From contig RFPL01000002.1 of assembly GCA_009926135.1 (NCBI GenBank), forward strand, positions 251,285 through 315,284: a stretch of 64,000 bases of DNA. Reading direction: 5' to 3'. Below are positions 63,136 through 64,000 of this stretch, piece after piece (the stretch's first letter is position 1; every line of letters begins with the position of its first letter). A program made the position numbers and the translations under genes. Source of the stretch: Sphingomonadaceae bacterium. Its GTDB lineage: Bacteria > Pseudomonadota > Alphaproteobacteria > Sphingomonadales > Sphingomonadaceae. The notes under the pieces are model-generated. The model was given only the letters and a program-made list of their open reading frames with translations, had not been told where the DNA came from and ran no database searches.

Positions 63136-64000
63136 TTGGCACTTTGGACCGGGGAATTAGGGGCTGCACTGAAGCGCTACCGCGCCACGCTGGTGACGGT
63201 GGCGGTGCTGAGCGGCTTGCTTAACGTGCTGGTGCTGGCCGGCTCGTTTTACCTGATGATGATTTACGATTCGGTCCTGCCGAGCCATTCGCTGCCCACC
63301 CTGGTCGGGCTGTTTGCGCTGGTGACCATCGCTTATGGCTTCCAGGGTCTGTTCGAACACGGCCGCGGCAAGCTGCTGTCCAGCGTCGGCTCGCAGCTTG
63401 AGCGCCAGCTTAGCCGCCGGGTCCAGCGCGCGATGGCCGACATGACACGGCTCGGGGGCAAGACTGCCGGCGATGGCCTGGCGCCGATGCGCGATCTCGA
63501 TCAGGTCCGTAGCTTCCTGACCGGTACCGGCCCGGCCACCTTGCTCGACCTGCCGTGGGTTGGCTTTTTCCTGATCGTGCTGGGCCTGCTGCATTACTGG
63601 CTGGGCTTGTTCGCGCTGGCCGGCGCCCTTGTCCTGATCGCCTTGACCGTGGTCACGCACAAGATCGGGGTCGAACCGACCCGCGACCTCGCCCGGTTGA
63701 CAGCCGAACGCTCTGGCCAGGCCGAAACCACCCTGCACCATGTCGAAGTGCTCACCGTGCTGGGCATGCGCAGCGCGATGGAACGCCGCTGGGAAACGAT
63801 CAATCACGGATATCTCGCCGCGCAGGACCGCTTGTCAGGCGTTGCCGGCAAGCTCGGGAGCTTCTCCAAGGTCTTCCGCCTGTTCCTGCAATCGGCGATC
63901 CTGTCGGTCGGTGCGCTGCTGGTAATCGACGGCAAGGCGAGCGGCGGGGTGATCTTTGCCGCTTCGCTGCTGTTCGGCCGCGCGCTTGCTCCCGTTGACA
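63136..64000 (+). CDS. Type I secretion system permease/ATPase (PrtD/AprD-type ABC), 3' end cut by window edge
   Basis: Not in the supplied ORF track because it is open-ended. My translation reads LKRYRATLVTVAVLSGLLNVLVLAGSFYLMMIYDSVLPS...LDLPWVGFFLIVLGLLHYWLG...LLFGRALAPVD. GGAGG (63125-63129) precedes in-frame TTG 63136; GTG 63100 is an alternative start. Confidence 0.85.
   Translation, partial: MALWTGELGAALKRYRATLVTVAVLSGLLNVLVLAGSFYLMMIYDSVLPSHSLPTLVGLFALVTIAYGFQGLFEHGRGKLLSSVGSQLERQLSRRVQRAMADMTRLGGKTAGDGLAPMRDLDQVRSFLTGTGPATLLDLPWVGFFLIVLGLLHYWLGLFALAGALVLIALTVVTHKIGVEPTRDLARLTAERSGQAETTLHHVEVLTVLGMRSAMERRWETINHGYLAAQDRLSGVAGKLGSFSKVFRLFLQSAILSVGALLVIDGKASGGVIFAASLLFGRALAPVD

Noticed and set aside
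63157-63807. 216-aa minus-strand ORF, the only track entry in this region
   Set aside because: The opposite strand encodes a clear T1SS ABC transmembrane domain, and the minus ORF has no motifs.

Overview
GC-rich chromosomal segment with strong GC3 bias. By gene content and order it looks alphaproteobacterial and sphingomonad-like; this is inference only, since no search was possible. I call about 69 protein-coding genes. They are tightly packed, with many overlapping stop/start junctions (ATGA, GTGA, TGATG). I found no rRNA, tRNA, CRISPR array, transposase, integrase or prophage genes. Most long ORFs antisense to the called genes are GC-driven shadow ORFs. Layout: (1) 1.5-9.0 kb, minus strand: a nine-cistron chemotaxis operon (MCP, STAS protein, cheA, cheR, cheB, cheD, cheY, cheW, unassigned 83-aa gene). 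(2) 9.15-10.2 kb, divergent: a CheB paralogue with an intact receiver but no catalytic His. (3) 10.3-15.0 kb: a coupled envelope module (DUF3604-like PHP lipoprotein, PpiC-type rotamase-like protein, HupE/UreJ-type protein, acyltransferase-3). (4) 15.0-18.5 kb: crotonase, an HTH-RibB-degenerate GCHII fusion, ribH and an aldo/keto reductase. (5) 18.5-21.8 kb, minus strand: a four-gene operon (APH/CHK-type kinase, unknown 362-aa protein, DUF1214, DUF1254). (6) The rest is housekeeping: eno, greA, carAB, yqeY-dnaG-rpoD, rpiB-glyA-nrdR, rpsD, tgt, queA, coaD, ispA-xseB, purL, serB, miaA, ilvBNC. Small uncharacterised membrane or stress genes are interspersed. (7) 60.4-64.0 kb: start of an envelope/secretion locus (priming sugar transferase, SleB-like hydrolase). 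It ends in a 3'-truncated type I secretion ABC gene that is absent from the supplied ORF track. The best candidates for undescribed biology are the non-canonical parts of the che system (CheT/CheZ-like DxxxQ mini-protein, STAS protein, pseudo-CheB, poly-HAMP receptor with no periplasmic domain), the DUF3604/PpiC/HupE module, and the kinase/unknown/DUF1214/DUF1254 operon. All family names come from reading motifs by eye and need profile searches to confirm.
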